DNA from: Opitutales bacterium
GTDB lineage: Bacteria; Verrucomicrobiota; Verrucomicrobiia; Opitutales; UBA2987
Length of the DNA: 64,000 nucleotides
Assembly: GCA_965226885.1 (NCBI GenBank)
Contig: CBDDEL010000012.1
Span: 224,001-288,000, forward strand
Direction of reading: 5' to 3'
Part shown: in pieces, positions 43,267 through 53,562 of the stretch
Numbering within the stretch: the first letter of the stretch is position 1
How the letters are laid out: every line of letters begins with the position of its first letter
Translations under genes and position numbers: made by a program
The notes under the pieces: generated by a model
Seen by the model: only the letters and a program-made list of their open reading frames with translations
What the model was told of the DNA's origin: nothing
Database searches by the model: none

Positions 43267-44856
43267 ATGTCCTGGGATCGATTTAAAAAATACCACTTTG
43301 CTGCCAGGGAATTGGGTTTTTCCCTCGATATCAGCAAAATGAATTTCCCCGATTCGTTTTTTGAATCGATGGCAGGGCGTATGGAATCGGCTTTTGACGA
43401 TATGGAAGCGCTGGAATCTGGAGCCATTGCCAATCCCGATGAAAACCGGATGGTGGGCCATTACTGGCTGCGAGACTCTAGGCGGGCGCCATCAGCCGAA
43501 ATCCGTGAGGCCATTGAGAACGCAATTGAAAAAATTCACCGGTTTTCAGAAGACGTTCACTCGGGAGCCATTACCGGCCAAAACGGCCCTTTCCGCAACC
43601 TGCTGTTGATCGGCATCGGCGGTTCTGCCCTGGGACCCCAGTTTGTCAGTCAAGCCCTCGGCAATCTTTCCCAAGACAGGTTGAAACTTTTTTTCCTCGA
43701 TAACACCGACCCTGATGGTTTTGACAGGATTTTGGGAGAATTGGAGGGACAACTGGGTGAAACCTTGACCGTGGTGGTTTCCAAATCGGGCAGCACAGCG
43801 GAAACCCGCAACGGCATGATCGAGACAAAGCTCGCCTACGAACACGCCGGTCTGGACTTCGGTCGACACGCCGCGGCCATCACAGGGGAGGGCAGTTTAC
43901 TCGACCGGCTGGCCCTCGATAACGGCTGGATCGAGCGTTTTCCACTTTGGGACTGGGTTGGCGGGCGCACTAGCGAAACCGGTCCCGTGGGTCTGCTACC
44001 GGCCGCCATACAGGGAATCGATATAAAAGAATTCCTCAAGGGGGCGGCCAACATGGACAGCTTAACCCGTCGAAAAAAGACCGGTGAGAATCCGGCGGTA
44101 CTACTGGCCCTAATGTGGCATCATGCCACGGATGGCCGAGGGGCCAAGGATATGGTGGTCCTGCCCTACCGCGACCGCCTGGCCCTGTTCCCCAAATACC
44201 TCCAGCAGCTGGTCATGGAATCGCTGGGTAAAGAGAAGGGTTTGCAGGGCAATATCGTCCACCAGGGAATTTCCGTTTACGGCAACAAGGGCTCGACCGA
44301 CCAGCACGCCTATGTGCAGCAGCTTCGGGAGGGAGTGGCCAATTTTTTTGTAATTTTTATCGAGACGCTCAAGGATCGGGATGGAAACTTCCTCGTTGAA
44401 GTCGATCCCGGAAATACTTCCGGCGACTACCTGAATGGGTTTTTCCTCGGCACCAGGGCGGCTTTGCACGAAAACGGGAGGGAGTCCATCACCATAACCC
44501 TGGATGAAATCTCTCCGGCTACGGTTGGGATGCTGATTGCGCTGTTCGAGCGAGCGGTCGGGTATTACGCCGGCCTGGTCGGTGTAAACGCCTATCATCA
44601 GCCCGGAGTCGAAGCCGGGAAGAAAACTGCCGCTTCGTTTCTCCAATTGAGAAAGAATATTCGGGATTTCTTGCGGGAGCGGCCCAACCAAGCCTACACG
44701 GCGGAACAGTTGGCCGACGCCCTCGACCGCACCATGGATACTGAAATTATTTTCAAATTACTCGAACACATGGCCGCCAACCCGGCCGGCGGAGTCGTTA
44801 AACAAGAAAACGAGGTTATTTTTGCCGGCAGTTATAGGTTTGATTCTTCGCCATGA
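43267..44856 (+). CDS. pgi: Glucose-6-phosphate isomerase
   Basis: GIGGSALGP, SKSGSTAET, DWVGGRTS, QQLVMESLGK, DQH, QPGVEAGK. Confidence 0.96.
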   Translation: MSWDRFKKYHFAARELGFSLDISKMNFPDSFFESMAGRMESAFDDMEALESGAIANPDENRMVGHYWLRDSRRAPSAEIREAIENAIEKIHRFSEDVHSGAITGQNGPFRNLLLIGIGGSALGPQFVSQALGNLSQDRLKLFFLDNTDPDGFDRILGELEGQLGETLTVVVSKSGSTAETRNGMIETKLAYEHAGLDFGRHAAAITGEGSLLDRLALDNGWIERFPLWDWVGGRTSETGPVGLLPAAIQGIDIKEFLKGAANMDSLTRRKKTGENPAVLLALMWHHATDGRGAKDMVVLPYRDRLALFPKYLQQLVMESLGKEKGLQGNIVHQGISVYGNKGSTDQHAYVQQLREGVANFFVIFIETLKDRDGNFLVEVDPGNTSGDYLNGFFLGTRAALHENGRESITITLDEISPATVGMLIALFERAVGYYAGLVGVNAYHQPGVEAGKKTAASFLQLRKNIRDFLRERPNQAYTAEQLADALDRTMDTEIIFKLLEHMAANPAGGVVKQENEVIFAGSYRFDSSP

Positions 44857-44898
44857 TTGCCCTAAATTAAGGTTCTCATTTAAACTCACCCAATAAAC

Positions 44899-45696
44899 AT
44901 GCCGACTGTTGGAAAAAATCGAATAAATCTAGCATCGATGGCTGCCGCGGCAACTTTTGCCCTCCTTCTGGCCTTTACCCTAAAGGCAAAAAGCCATTTA
45001 TCGCAGGAATTGGCTTCATCGCGGGAATCGACCTACAAAATGAGGATGGGCAATGAAAAAATCCAACAATCCAACACTGCCCTGAACAAGAAAATCGGCT
45101 CCCTGACATCGGAACTGGATTCCTCCGAAGCAAGGTCGGGCGCCCTGCTGCAGGAAAACTTGCAGGGCCGAAAAGAGATTTCCATGCTAACCGAAAGAAT
45201 GGAGGAAATGGAGTTCAATTCCAGGAATCGCGACAACGAATTAGTGGAATTCAAACGCCAATTGGTGGCTTTAAAAACTAATTATTCCGATGCTTCCGAA
45301 CGCTCTTCCAGGAGAAATACAGAGGAGCAGATCTCGGTTCTCAACGATGAAATCATCAAGCTGAAAGCCGATTTATATGCTTACCGGAACCTGTCGGAGG
45401 GATCTTCGTCCGATTATTCCGGCACCACCGGCAAATTGAGCAGAGGAGACCGCCTGCCGGGCTGGATTCTCAGCCTCGGGCCCCGCCATTCGGTGCTGGC
45501 TATCAGTCTGGGCGGCGACCATGGTATTCAAGAAGCCATGAAATTACAGTTGGTCAATGAACTCGGACCCATCGCCCTCATAGAAATCTCCAAAGTCGAA
45601 CCCCAATTCAGCATCGCTCATATCCTTCCGGGTTCCCATCCCGGTTATCCCGATCAAATGGTTGAAAACGAAGAAATTTCATTTATTGTTCAATAG
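44899..45696 (+). CDS. Membrane-anchored coiled-coil hypothetical protein
   Basis: N-terminal hydrophobic segment, long heptad-rich region, C-terminal beta-rich domain. Confidence 0.7.
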   Translation: MPTVGKNRINLASMAAAATFALLLAFTLKAKSHLSQELASSRESTYKMRMGNEKIQQSNTALNKKIGSLTSELDSSEARSGALLQENLQGRKEISMLTERMEEMEFNSRNRDNELVEFKRQLVALKTNYSDASERSSRRNTEEQISVLNDEIIKLKADLYAYRNLSEGSSSDYSGTTGKLSRGDRLPGWILSLGPRHSVLAISLGGDHGIQEAMKLQLVNELGPIALIEISKVEPQFSIAHILPGSHPGYPDQMVENEEISFIVQ

Positions 45697-45711
45697 AAAA
45701 CGTAAGTAGCT

Positions 45712-45870
45712 ATGAAAAAATCCATAAACAAACTTGTCGCGTTAATCCTTCTGGCAGTCGGCCCCCTGCTGTTTTTTGCCGGTTGCGAGCAGGATCCGCA
45801 TGAAACAGCGGTGCCCTGGTCGCAACCCGCCGACTGGGAGGGCCAGGTTCCCGGCATGGGGGGACGATAG
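45712..45870 (+). CDS. Small (52 aa) lipoprotein missed by ORF track
   Basis: MKKSINKLVALILLAVGPLLFFAGC-EQDPHETAVPWSQPADWEGQVPGMGGR*; lipobox FAGC; fills gap between co-oriented genes. Confidence 0.8.
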   Translation: MKKSINKLVALILLAVGPLLFFAGCEQDPHETAVPWSQPADWEGQVPGMGGR

Positions 45871-45884
45871 GTCGATCACCCCCA

Positions 45885-46625
45885 GTGCCCAAGCGGAATT
45901 CCACCAGGCCTAAGAGCGATGGCCGCAGCCAGGAGATGGGTTCTGGATGCCTCTATCTGGTAGCCACTCCCATCGGCAATCTGGGCGACATCACAAAAAG
46001 AGCCGAGGAAGCGCTCTCCCAATGCCAATTGCTGGCCTGCGAGGACACCAGAAAAACACGGCAACTCCTTTCCCATTTGGGAATATCCGCGCGCACCACG
46101 GCGCTGCACAATTTTAACGAAAAAACCCGGGCCTCCTCCATCGCCGACCTCGTTGCGGAGGGGCAATCGGTCGCCATCGTCAGCGACGCTGGCACTCCGG
46201 CCATAAGCGATCCAGGTTTCAGGGTGGTGCGGGAATGCCGCCGTCGTAATTTGCCGGTTGTGCCGATCCCCGGCCCGTCGGCGGTGACGGCTGCTTTATC
46301 CGCCTCCGGCCTGCCCAGTGACGGTTTTCTATTCGCCGGATTTCTGCCGCCAAAAAAATCTGCCAGGAGACGGTTTTTCGAGCGCTACCGGGACTTCGAA
46401 TATACCATTGTCCTTTTTGAATCGAAACACCGCATAACCAAACTCCTGGATGATTTGATTGAGGTCCTGGAGGCTGATCGTGTGATTTGCGTGGCTCGGG
46501 AAATCACCAAAATACACGAATCCTTTCACACCGGACCAGCAGAATCGATTCAGAAAGAAGTGCAGTCAAAAAGTTTAAAAGGGGAGTTTGTCGTCCTCAT
46601 CGCCAAATCCGGATTCGTTCTCTGA
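45885..46625 (+). CDS. rsmI: 16S rRNA C1402 2'-O-methyltransferase
   Basis: LYLVATPIGNLGDIT.RA, CEDTR, SDAGTPAISDPG, REITKIHE, KGEFV. Confidence 0.96.
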   Translation: MPKRNSTRPKSDGRSQEMGSGCLYLVATPIGNLGDITKRAEEALSQCQLLACEDTRKTRQLLSHLGISARTTALHNFNEKTRASSIADLVAEGQSVAIVSDAGTPAISDPGFRVVRECRRRNLPVVPIPGPSAVTAALSASGLPSDGFLFAGFLPPKKSARRRFFERYRDFEYTIVLFESKHRITKLLDDLIEVLEADRVICVAREITKIHESFHTGPAESIQKEVQSKSLKGEFVVLIAKSGFVL

Positions 46626-46642
46626 ACAAACCAATTCGCGCA

Positions 46643-47593
46643 ATGGCTTGGCAAAAATCAACCGCCGCCATCATCGATGTTGGCAGCAATACCATCAAAC
46701 TGCTGGTCGTCCAATCCGGACCGGAGTTGAATATTCTGGAACAGGCAACCCTCGACACGAGAATCAGCCGGGGAATCGGGGATGAAATTCCCCAACTGCA
46801 AGAAAAAGCAATCACCGAAGGCGCCGAAGCCGTTCAATCGCTGGCCCGGAGAGCTTGCCGGCACAATCCCGACACCGTCATCGCAACGGCCACCAGCGCC
46901 GTCCGCGAAGCGGCCAACGGACAGGATTTCATCCGGGCTATAAAGGAAAAGACCGGCCACCAACTACGAGTCCTGAGCGGTCAGGAAGAAGCCCGCTACA
47001 TCGCTCTGGGAGCCACTCTGGACCCCTCCCTGGGAAACCTGAAAAATTTTCAAATGGTCGATTTGGGAGGCGGCAGCCTGGAACTCATTGATGTAGCCAA
47101 TGGGCAACCGGGACGGACTGCCAGTCTCAAGCTGGGCGCGGTCCGCCTGATGGAGCTCTATATTGGCGATCCCCAAAAACCCTTGGATGAAGCAGCCAAA
47201 AACAATATTAAAAAAGCCGTGCAACGGAAAATTACAGAATCCGGCTTTCGGTTTGCCAAAAATGAAACGCCCCTGGTCGGCTCCGGGGGAGCGTTCTCCT
47301 ATTCCCGGTATTTGCTGGCCCAAAGGGAAGGCATGGAACTCGAAGATTATCCCAACCGATTGCCTGGGCATGAATTGCGAACCCTGTGCGACGAACTTTG
47401 CTCCATGTCCATGAAAGAGCGGCAGTCTCTTCCAGGTTTGCCGGCCTCAAGGGCCGACATCATTCCGGTTGCCCTCTTGACCCTCCTGACCCTTGCTGAT
47501 ATGGCCGAAAAGGACAGCTTTTTACACACTTTCTACAATTTACGCTTCGGGTTGGCCGCGGAATTTTTCAACAAGCTCAGCCTGCAAAGCTGA
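46643..47593 (+). CDS. Ppx/GppA exopolyphosphatase family
   Basis: IDVGSNTIKL, ATSAVREA.N, SGQEEA, DLGGGSLE, RADII. Confidence 0.92.
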   Translation: MAWQKSTAAIIDVGSNTIKLLVVQSGPELNILEQATLDTRISRGIGDEIPQLQEKAITEGAEAVQSLARRACRHNPDTVIATATSAVREAANGQDFIRAIKEKTGHQLRVLSGQEEARYIALGATLDPSLGNLKNFQMVDLGGGSLELIDVANGQPGRTASLKLGAVRLMELYIGDPQKPLDEAAKNNIKKAVQRKITESGFRFAKNETPLVGSGGAFSYSRYLLAQREGMELEDYPNRLPGHELRTLCDELCSMSMKERQSLPGLPASRADIIPVALLTLLTLADMAEKDSFLHTFYNLRFGLAAEFFNKLSLQS

Positions 47594-48526
47594 GAAATCG
47601 TCGGGAAGATCGGCTTCCAGAATGATCGGTCGCTTATCGACCGGATGCTGAAACCCAAGCCTCCGGGCGTGCAGCATGGTCCGTTTGGCCTCAATCGAAT
47701 CGGTTTTGACAGTTTTTCTCCCATAAACTGGATCACCCACCACGGGATGCCCGATATGGGCCAGATGAACGCGGATTTGATGGGTGCGGCCGGTATGGAT
47801 TTTCAACCGAAGAAGGGAATAACTGTGGCTAAAAGCTTCCTCCATTTCCCAATCGGTGCGGGCTGGCCGCCCCCGCGGATTTACGGCCATTTTAACCCGA
47901 TGGACCGGGTGCCGTCCGATGGGCTCGTTAATGGTTCCGCTTTGCAATTCCGGTTTGCTTGTGACCAGGGCCAGGTATTCTTTGTCGATTTTACGCTCCG
48001 CGAATGAGCGGCTCAATTCCATGTAGGCGGCGTCGCTTTTGGCGGCCACCATGACGCCGCTGGTCTCCTTGTCCAGGCGATGCACGATGCCGGGCCGAAG
48101 AGAGCCACCGATGCTGCTTAATTTCTCACCGCAATGGAATAGCAAGGCATGCACCAAGGTGTCGTCCCCGGTCGCATTCCCTGGATGCGTGACCATTCCG
48201 GTAGCCTTGTTTACAACGATGAGGTGATCATCCTCATACAGGATATCCAGAGGTAGTTCGACCCCCCTCAACTCCGTCGGAGCCGCTGCCGGTGGGGTGA
48301 AAGTAATTTTTGCCCCGGCCGATATTTTGTGGTTTTTGCCGATAGCCTCGTCGTCCAGCCAGACGAGTCCGGCATCGAACATGGCTTGCAGCCGGGTCCT
48401 GCTGTATTCGGGGCAAAGGCTGTGTAAAACCTTGTCCGCGCGCGCCTTGTCAATTCCAGGTGGCGCTTCCACGACAATTTCCTCCCCCTCCGGCATGGTG
48501 GCCATCTGCTCTGTTATCAATAACAT
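47540..48526 (-). CDS. RluA/RluD-family pseudouridine synthase
   Basis: S4-like N-terminus, [33 protein letters not shown]. Confidence 0.94.
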   Translation of the reverse strand: MLLITEQMATMPEGEEIVVEAPPGIDKARADKVLHSLCPEYSRTRLQAMFDAGLVWLDDEAIGKNHKISAGAKITFTPPAAAPTELRGVELPLDILYEDDHLIVVNKATGMVTHPGNATGDDTLVHALLFHCGEKLSSIGGSLRPGIVHRLDKETSGVMVAAKSDAAYMELSRSFAERKIDKEYLALVTSKPELQSGTINEPIGRHPVHRVKMAVNPRGRPARTDWEMEEAFSHSYSLLRLKIHTGRTHQIRVHLAHIGHPVVGDPVYGRKTVKTDSIEAKRTMLHARRLGFQHPVDKRPIILEADLPDDFSALQAELVEKFRGQPEA

Positions 48527-49524
48527 TAATTATTTTCCACAAAGGAATCGATTTGAGCCAGATAGGGGCTCTTTTCCTCGTCATCCATGAGAGCGACCTC
48601 GAAACCGTTTCGGGCGATTTTGGCCAATTCAACTTTGCTGAATAAATCCACCGACAAAGCCTCATACTCATCAATGAGCCGATTCCCAAAGGATAGCGGG
48701 TCGTCCGTGCTGATCGTGCAGCGGACCCCCTGGTCGAATAATTGGCGGATCGGATGCGCTTCCATCGTTTCCACTACATCGAGTTTGACATTGCTGATGG
48801 GGCAGGTGTCGAAAGTGACATTTCGATCCAGCGCCATTTGCACGACCTCGGGATCTTCGATAGCCCGAATACCGTGCTGGACTCTTTTCACCCCTAGCAG
48901 ATCGATGGCGTCGCGCACATACTCGGCGCCCCCGAATTCACCGGCGTGAGCTTTTGTTTCCAGCCCGGCCTCGCGCGCCGCCTGCCACAGACGCTCTTTC
49001 CAGGGCAAAATGGGCATTCTTTCCGGCCCGTGCAAGTCGATCCCGTCGAGCCCCTCCCAGTTCGGGCATTCGTCGAGGATTGGGGCCATCTTCTCGTTGT
49101 ATTGATTGCGCAGCATTCCCATAAAAACGCTTACCTGCAATCCCTCGGGCGCAGCGCTCTTGATCGCGTCCACAACCTCCGGTCCATGCAAATCATGAAG
49201 TTCCACCATTCCCGCATGAAAGCTAAGCTCCAGGTATTTTACATTTTGCTCGACCAGGGCCGGAAATATTTCCTTGGCGGCAATATGATAACGCTCGGGA
49301 GAAATATACCACGCATTGACCATGCCAAGCAGTTCGTCCTCGAAATGCTTAAAAGTGGCAAACTTGAAATCCAGTCCCCAGCCAGCGGGAAGCGATTGAT
49401 ACTGCTCCGGGTCCAGTTCCTGCAAAAGATGAAAAGGGAGCGCCCCCTCAATATGCAAATGAGTCTCCGTCTTCGGCAGCCACTGAATAAAATCAACAAT
49501 TTCCTTATCCTCTTGATAGCCCAT
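48526..49524 (-). CDS. Adenosine/adenine deaminase family
   Basis: LPKTETHLHIEG, AHAGE, RVQHG, CPISN, STDDP. Confidence 0.92.
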   Translation of the reverse strand: MGYQEDKEIVDFIQWLPKTETHLHIEGALPFHLLQELDPEQYQSLPAGWGLDFKFATFKHFEDELLGMVNAWYISPERYHIAAKEIFPALVEQNVKYLELSFHAGMVELHDLHGPEVVDAIKSAAPEGLQVSVFMGMLRNQYNEKMAPILDECPNWEGLDGIDLHGPERMPILPWKERLWQAAREAGLETKAHAGEFGGAEYVRDAIDLLGVKRVQHGIRAIEDPEVVQMALDRNVTFDTCPISNVKLDVVETMEAHPIRQLFDQGVRCTISTDDPLSFGNRLIDEYEALSVDLFSKVELAKIARNGFEVALMDDEEKSPYLAQIDSFVENN

Positions 49525-49870
49525 AATTCTGTCCTAATCCAAATAATCCGTAGTTAAAAAATTCCTGCTTCCCTCATCCAGCATCCTGCATCCAATATCT
49601 ATGTAATCAGTAGTTAATAAATCCAGTATCAAGAATCAAGCATCCATATATTCCGCATTGGCCAACACCATGCTATAAATCCAAAAAAAACGCAATAGAT
49701 AGGTTGGCTGCGTTTGATGCGTTTGAATAAAGTTAAAAAAAACTGCAAAACTCCCAAAAATGCGCCAAAATGTCCCACAAAATCCTCTATCTTTTCTAAA
49801 AACCCGCAAATTTCACAGATAAAAGCAGATAAAGAAAGCATCATGAATCCTGAATCCAGATAAATCCTCT
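49525..49870. repeat. Intergenic mosaic of degenerate 7-mer and 9/10-mer short repeats
   Basis: CATCCAG CATCCTG CATCCAA; ATCCAGT ATCAAGA ATCAAGC; CCGCAAATTTCACAGATAAAAGCAGAT; TGCGTTTGA x2. Confidence 0.55.
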
Positions 49871-49972
49871 CTTCAATTAAAGGATTACAAACTCACTTGC
49901 AAATTTCGCCAAAAATTTTATCGTACCCAATTTGGGTCTGCGTAGACGCTGCCTACAATATGTAAAGCGGAC

Positions 49973-50869
49973 GTGAAAAACGTGGAACGAACCATGCGAC
50001 GGAACGGCCTATGCTTGCTGATAACGGCAACGACGTTTGTCTTGATATTCTTTGCGTCTGCCTCCACCATCGTGGAACGCCTTTACCTAGATTGGGAAGA
50101 TGAATTCCTCGTCATATCTGGATTTCGATTGGCTGCCCCTATTAAGATCCACTATCTGGAGGCGTTTGTCCGATCTGGCTCGACCAATCAAGACTGGAAT
50201 GAGTCTGTGACACCGCATCGAACGACTTTGATCGCTCGAGCTGAGGATGGGTCCTCGATAATTCTTCGAAGCGAACTCCCGGTCATATCTGAGTCAGGAC
50301 AAGTTTCAACTGACCCACCTGTGATCGTTGAGCATAAGATAACTGCCAGTATAGACGAGGTGAGCTTCTTTGTAACTGCCCGGAATCGAGGTGAGGAGAA
50401 CGTCGATGTCCTTTGGGCTCAGCCGTGCATCAGGGTAGGCGAATTCACAGGTCGCGGTCTCAAATGGTACGAAGAGGATCACTACGTTGACATGTGTTTC
50501 GTTTTTCTGGACGGCAAGTTGACGACCCTGGATAATACACCCCGTTCCTCGGATGGATTCTTAACTCCGGGCCAGGTGTACGCCCCTGATGAGATAAACC
50601 GAGACAATCTCAACCCGAGGCCCCTCAGCCCCGCGATCCCTTCGAATGGCTTGATCGGGTGTTATTCCGCAGACGAGTCGATGTTGGTGGCAACGGCGTG
50701 GCAACCGTATCAGGAGCTGTTTCAAGGGATCGCCACATGTATCCATGCCGACTTTCGGATCGGGGGCCTCGCACCGGGAGAAACCAAGATCATGCGCGGC
50801 AAAATCTACGTTTTGGAAAACGATGCAAAACAGTTATTACAGCGATATCGCCGTGATTTTCGGGAATAG
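49973..50869 (+). CDS. Exported hypothetical protein (possible gene cassette)
   Basis: Signal-like N-terminus; YLEA..R.GST, WAQPCIRV, NPRP, QELFQGI.TCIHADFRIGG; followed by attC-like site. Confidence 0.75.
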   Translation: MKNVERTMRRNGLCLLITATTFVLIFFASASTIVERLYLDWEDEFLVISGFRLAAPIKIHYLEAFVRSGSTNQDWNESVTPHRTTLIARAEDGSSIILRSELPVISESGQVSTDPPVIVEHKITASIDEVSFFVTARNRGEENVDVLWAQPCIRVGEFTGRGLKWYEEDHYVDMCFVFLDGKLTTLDNTPRSSDGFLTPGQVYAPDEINRDNLNPRPLSPAIPSNGLIGCYSADESMLVATAWQPYQELFQGIATCIHADFRIGGLAPGETKIMRGKIYVLENDAKQLLQRYRRDFRE

Positions 50870-50883
50870 GAGGATGGAAGAGC

Positions 50884-50945
50884 ACCTATCAGGAGGTTCA
50901 GTGGACAGGGCATATGCGCCGCCTATGAACCGCGATCCGTTAGGC
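50884..50945 (+). mobile_element. Degenerate attC-like integron recombination site
   Basis: ACCTATC-5 nt-GTTCA ... TGAAC ... GTTAGGC (R''/L''/L'/R' layout, 62 bp). Confidence 0.55.
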
Positions 50946-50971
50946 ATATCTAGTTACAAAAAAAAGCCTTT

Positions 50972-51874
50972 ATGAACAGTAAACCCGGTCCCCGTAAAAC
51001 TCGGGAGTTTAACAATCATCATTTTGACTCCACGATCTGGAATGATTTCAAGTTTCGAGTCGATGACATCGTTATCGCAACTTATGCTAAGTCAGGGACA
51101 ACCTGGATGCAGCAAATCATTGCCCAACTGTTGTTCAATGGCGAAGATGGTTTAGAAGTGGCGGAAATGTCGCCCTGGATGGATCTCCGGGTGCCACCCA
51201 AGGAAGTAAAACTTCCTATTGTTGAAGCACAAACGCACCGGAGATTCATTAAAACACATTTGCCGGTGGATGCATTGGTCTTTTCTGAAAAGGCAAAGTA
51301 CATCTATATCGGCCGGGATGGCCGCGATGTTCTTTGGAGTATGTACAACCATCATGTTACTGCGAATGAGGCCTGGTATGAGGCATTAAATGATACCCCC
51401 GGCAGAGTTGGTCCTCCTATTGAAAAACCGACCTCCTCTATAATGCAGTATTATCATGACTGGCTGGATCGGGATGGCCATCCCTGGTGGCCTTTCTGGG
51501 AAAATGTACGCTCATGGTGGGCTATCAGAAATCTGCCGAATGTCTGTTTTGTGCACTTCTCTAACCTTAAAAGTGACATGCCGGGGGAAATTCGTCGAAT
51601 AGCCGAGTTTCTCGAAATCCCAATTGATGAAACTAAATGGGTGTCCATACTGCTTCACTGCAGTTTTGACTACATGAAAGCAAATGCCACAAAAAGCGTG
51701 CCTCTCGGTGGCGCCTTTTGGGACGGTGGGGCTCAAACATTTATTCACAAAGGTACGAATGGCCGTTGGCGCGATGTTCTCCAAAAGGACGAGTCGTTAA
51801 AGTACGAACAACATGCTGCGAAAGAACTGGAAAATGAATGTGCCCACTGGCTCGCAACAGGCGAAATCTCCTAA
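50972..51874 (+). CDS. PAPS-dependent (aryl) sulfotransferase domain protein
   Basis: TYAKSGTTW 5'-PSB loop, IKTHLP, RDGRDVLWS, KGTNGRW. Confidence 0.92.
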   Translation: MNSKPGPRKTREFNNHHFDSTIWNDFKFRVDDIVIATYAKSGTTWMQQIIAQLLFNGEDGLEVAEMSPWMDLRVPPKEVKLPIVEAQTHRRFIKTHLPVDALVFSEKAKYIYIGRDGRDVLWSMYNHHVTANEAWYEALNDTPGRVGPPIEKPTSSIMQYYHDWLDRDGHPWWPFWENVRSWWAIRNLPNVCFVHFSNLKSDMPGEIRRIAEFLEIPIDETKWVSILLHCSFDYMKANATKSVPLGGAFWDGGAQTFIHKGTNGRWRDVLQKDESLKYEQHAAKELENECAHWLATGEIS

Positions 51875-52032
51875 GAGCAACGTAAATTCCAACAATGCCT
51901 AACGTCGCGCTTGCAGCCGGATGCTTAATCGCGGTTTAAAAACATTGGACTGCGCCCCGTTCAGCCCATGAGGTATTCGGGATTCAGCTTTTGCAGGGAT
52001 TTGGGTAGGAAGAGGCCGTCTTTGGGGGTGAA

Positions 52033-52842
52033 TCAAAGGAGTACGGCGATTCGATTGCCGCCACGGTGGTAATGGAGATGGGTGAAGCCTTTTTCCTTGA
52101 GCAGGGGCAGAACGATTTCGAAGAATTGGCCCACGCTTGTGGGGTTGTGGGCGTCGGAGCCGATGGTAAGTTTGACGCCCATATTGGCCGCCCAATCGAG
52201 GATGATCGGATCGGGGTGTACCTGGGCGCAGTCCTTAATGAATCCGCTCGTGTTGATCTCCATGCAGATGTCTGCCTCGATTACGGTTTGCAGAAAACGC
52301 CGGATGCTTTCCTCGTGGTCTGAGGGCTCGAAATTTGAGACCGTTCCATAGATGCGGATAACGTCAGGGTGGGAAATGCTGTTATAACGACCCGTGGCCG
52401 CACCGGCGGCGAGGTCCTCAAAATAGGTTTCCACTTTTTCAAAATCCGTGCGTGCGTTGGCGCCGCGCAGGCGATCCTGGTAACTTGAGGTAAAGTGATG
52501 AAGGGAGCCGAGTATGAAGTCGAATTGGTTGCTTTCGAGGGTTTTGTCCATTTGAGCCATCACCCGTTCGTCGGGAAAAATTTCCGCCTCGATGCCGCAG
52601 AGGACTTCCACCCCCAGCCGTTCTCCAACAATTCGGGCCTTGTCCACCATTTTGTAATACTTTGGCAAATGCTTCTCTTTCATGCGGATTCCGTAGTTTC
52701 CGAATCCGCCCATGTCCATGGGTATATGGCAGGTAAAGGTGACCAGTTGGATACCTTTGCGGGCCGCCCATTGGACATACTCGCCAGTGGAGCCGCCCGC
52801 ATGGCCGCAAAGCCTGGTATGCATGTGACAGTCGAAAATCAT
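52033..52842 (-). CDS. PHP-family histidinol-phosphatase (HisJ/HisK-like)
   Basis: DCHMHT.LCGHA, GIEAE, DFILGSLH, HPD, EINTSG, GSDAH. Confidence 0.88.
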   Translation of the reverse strand: MIFDCHMHTRLCGHAGGSTGEYVQWAARKGIQLVTFTCHIPMDMGGFGNYGIRMKEKHLPKYYKMVDKARIVGERLGVEVLCGIEAEIFPDERVMAQMDKTLESNQFDFILGSLHHFTSSYQDRLRGANARTDFEKVETYFEDLAAGAATGRYNSISHPDVIRIYGTVSNFEPSDHEESIRRFLQTVIEADICMEINTSGFIKDCAQVHPDPIILDWAANMGVKLTIGSDAHNPTSVGQFFEIVLPLLKEKGFTHLHYHRGGNRIAVLL

Positions 52843-53477
52843 GGTGCCAGCCTTTCGATTTTCCAGGAACTGTCTTCCTCTAGCGAGTAGAGGAAACGGT
52901 CATGCATCCGATTCTTCCTGCCCTGCCAGAATTCAAACGTGTGCGGGATCACACGGTAGCCTCCCCAAAAGGACGGCAGGGGCACTTCGCCCAGCGAAAA
53001 TTTGCGTTTCATCTCCTCGAATTTCATCTCCATAATACCACGGGTGGAGATAACACTGCTTTGGGCCGAGGCCCAGGCCCCAAGACGGCTTTCGAATGGC
53101 CTGGTGAGGAAATATTTAAGCGATTCGGCGGTGGGAATTTTTTCCGCCAGCCCGGCTATGCGCACCTGCCGATATTGAGCCTGCCAGTATATCAGCAATT
53201 CAACATGAGGATTTTCATCAATCTGGCGGGCCTTGACGCTCTCGTAGTTGGTATAAAATACAAAACCATCTGGGTCGAATTGTTTGAGGAGAACCGTCCT
53301 CACGGTAGGGACGCCCTTGGCCGAAGCGGTGGCCAAACTCATGGCGTGAGCGTCGGGAATTTTCGCATCCCAAGCCTGTGTGAACCAACTTTCGAACTGC
53401 TCCAGGGGATCCTCGCGAAGTTCCTTTCGCTGTAATCCTTCTATTGTAAATTTCCTCTCCGCTTCAGTGATTTCCAT
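52839..53477 (-). CDS. pdxH: Pyridoxamine 5'-phosphate oxidase
   Basis: RTVLLK, FYTNYES.K, GAWASAQS, WGGY, EFWQGR.NRMHDR. Confidence 0.96.
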   Translation of the reverse strand: MEITEAERKFTIEGLQRKELREDPLEQFESWFTQAWDAKIPDAHAMSLATASAKGVPTVRTVLLKQFDPDGFVFYTNYESVKARQIDENPHVELLIYWQAQYRQVRIAGLAEKIPTAESLKYFLTRPFESRLGAWASAQSSVISTRGIMEMKFEEMKRKFSLGEVPLPSFWGGYRVIPHTFEFWQGRKNRMHDRFLYSLEEDSSWKIERLAP

Positions 53478-53562
53478 GCTCCAATAAATTGTATTTCACC
53501 AGCGAAAGGCAATGTCTTTCAATAATGGAGTCAGGGTTTCTGCTTTAGATTAACCGGGTCCT

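Noticed and set aside
49935..49970. Possible attC 3' half upstream of the first cassette-like gene
   Set aside because: GTAAAGC only loosely fits GTTRRRY and no matching left half was found.
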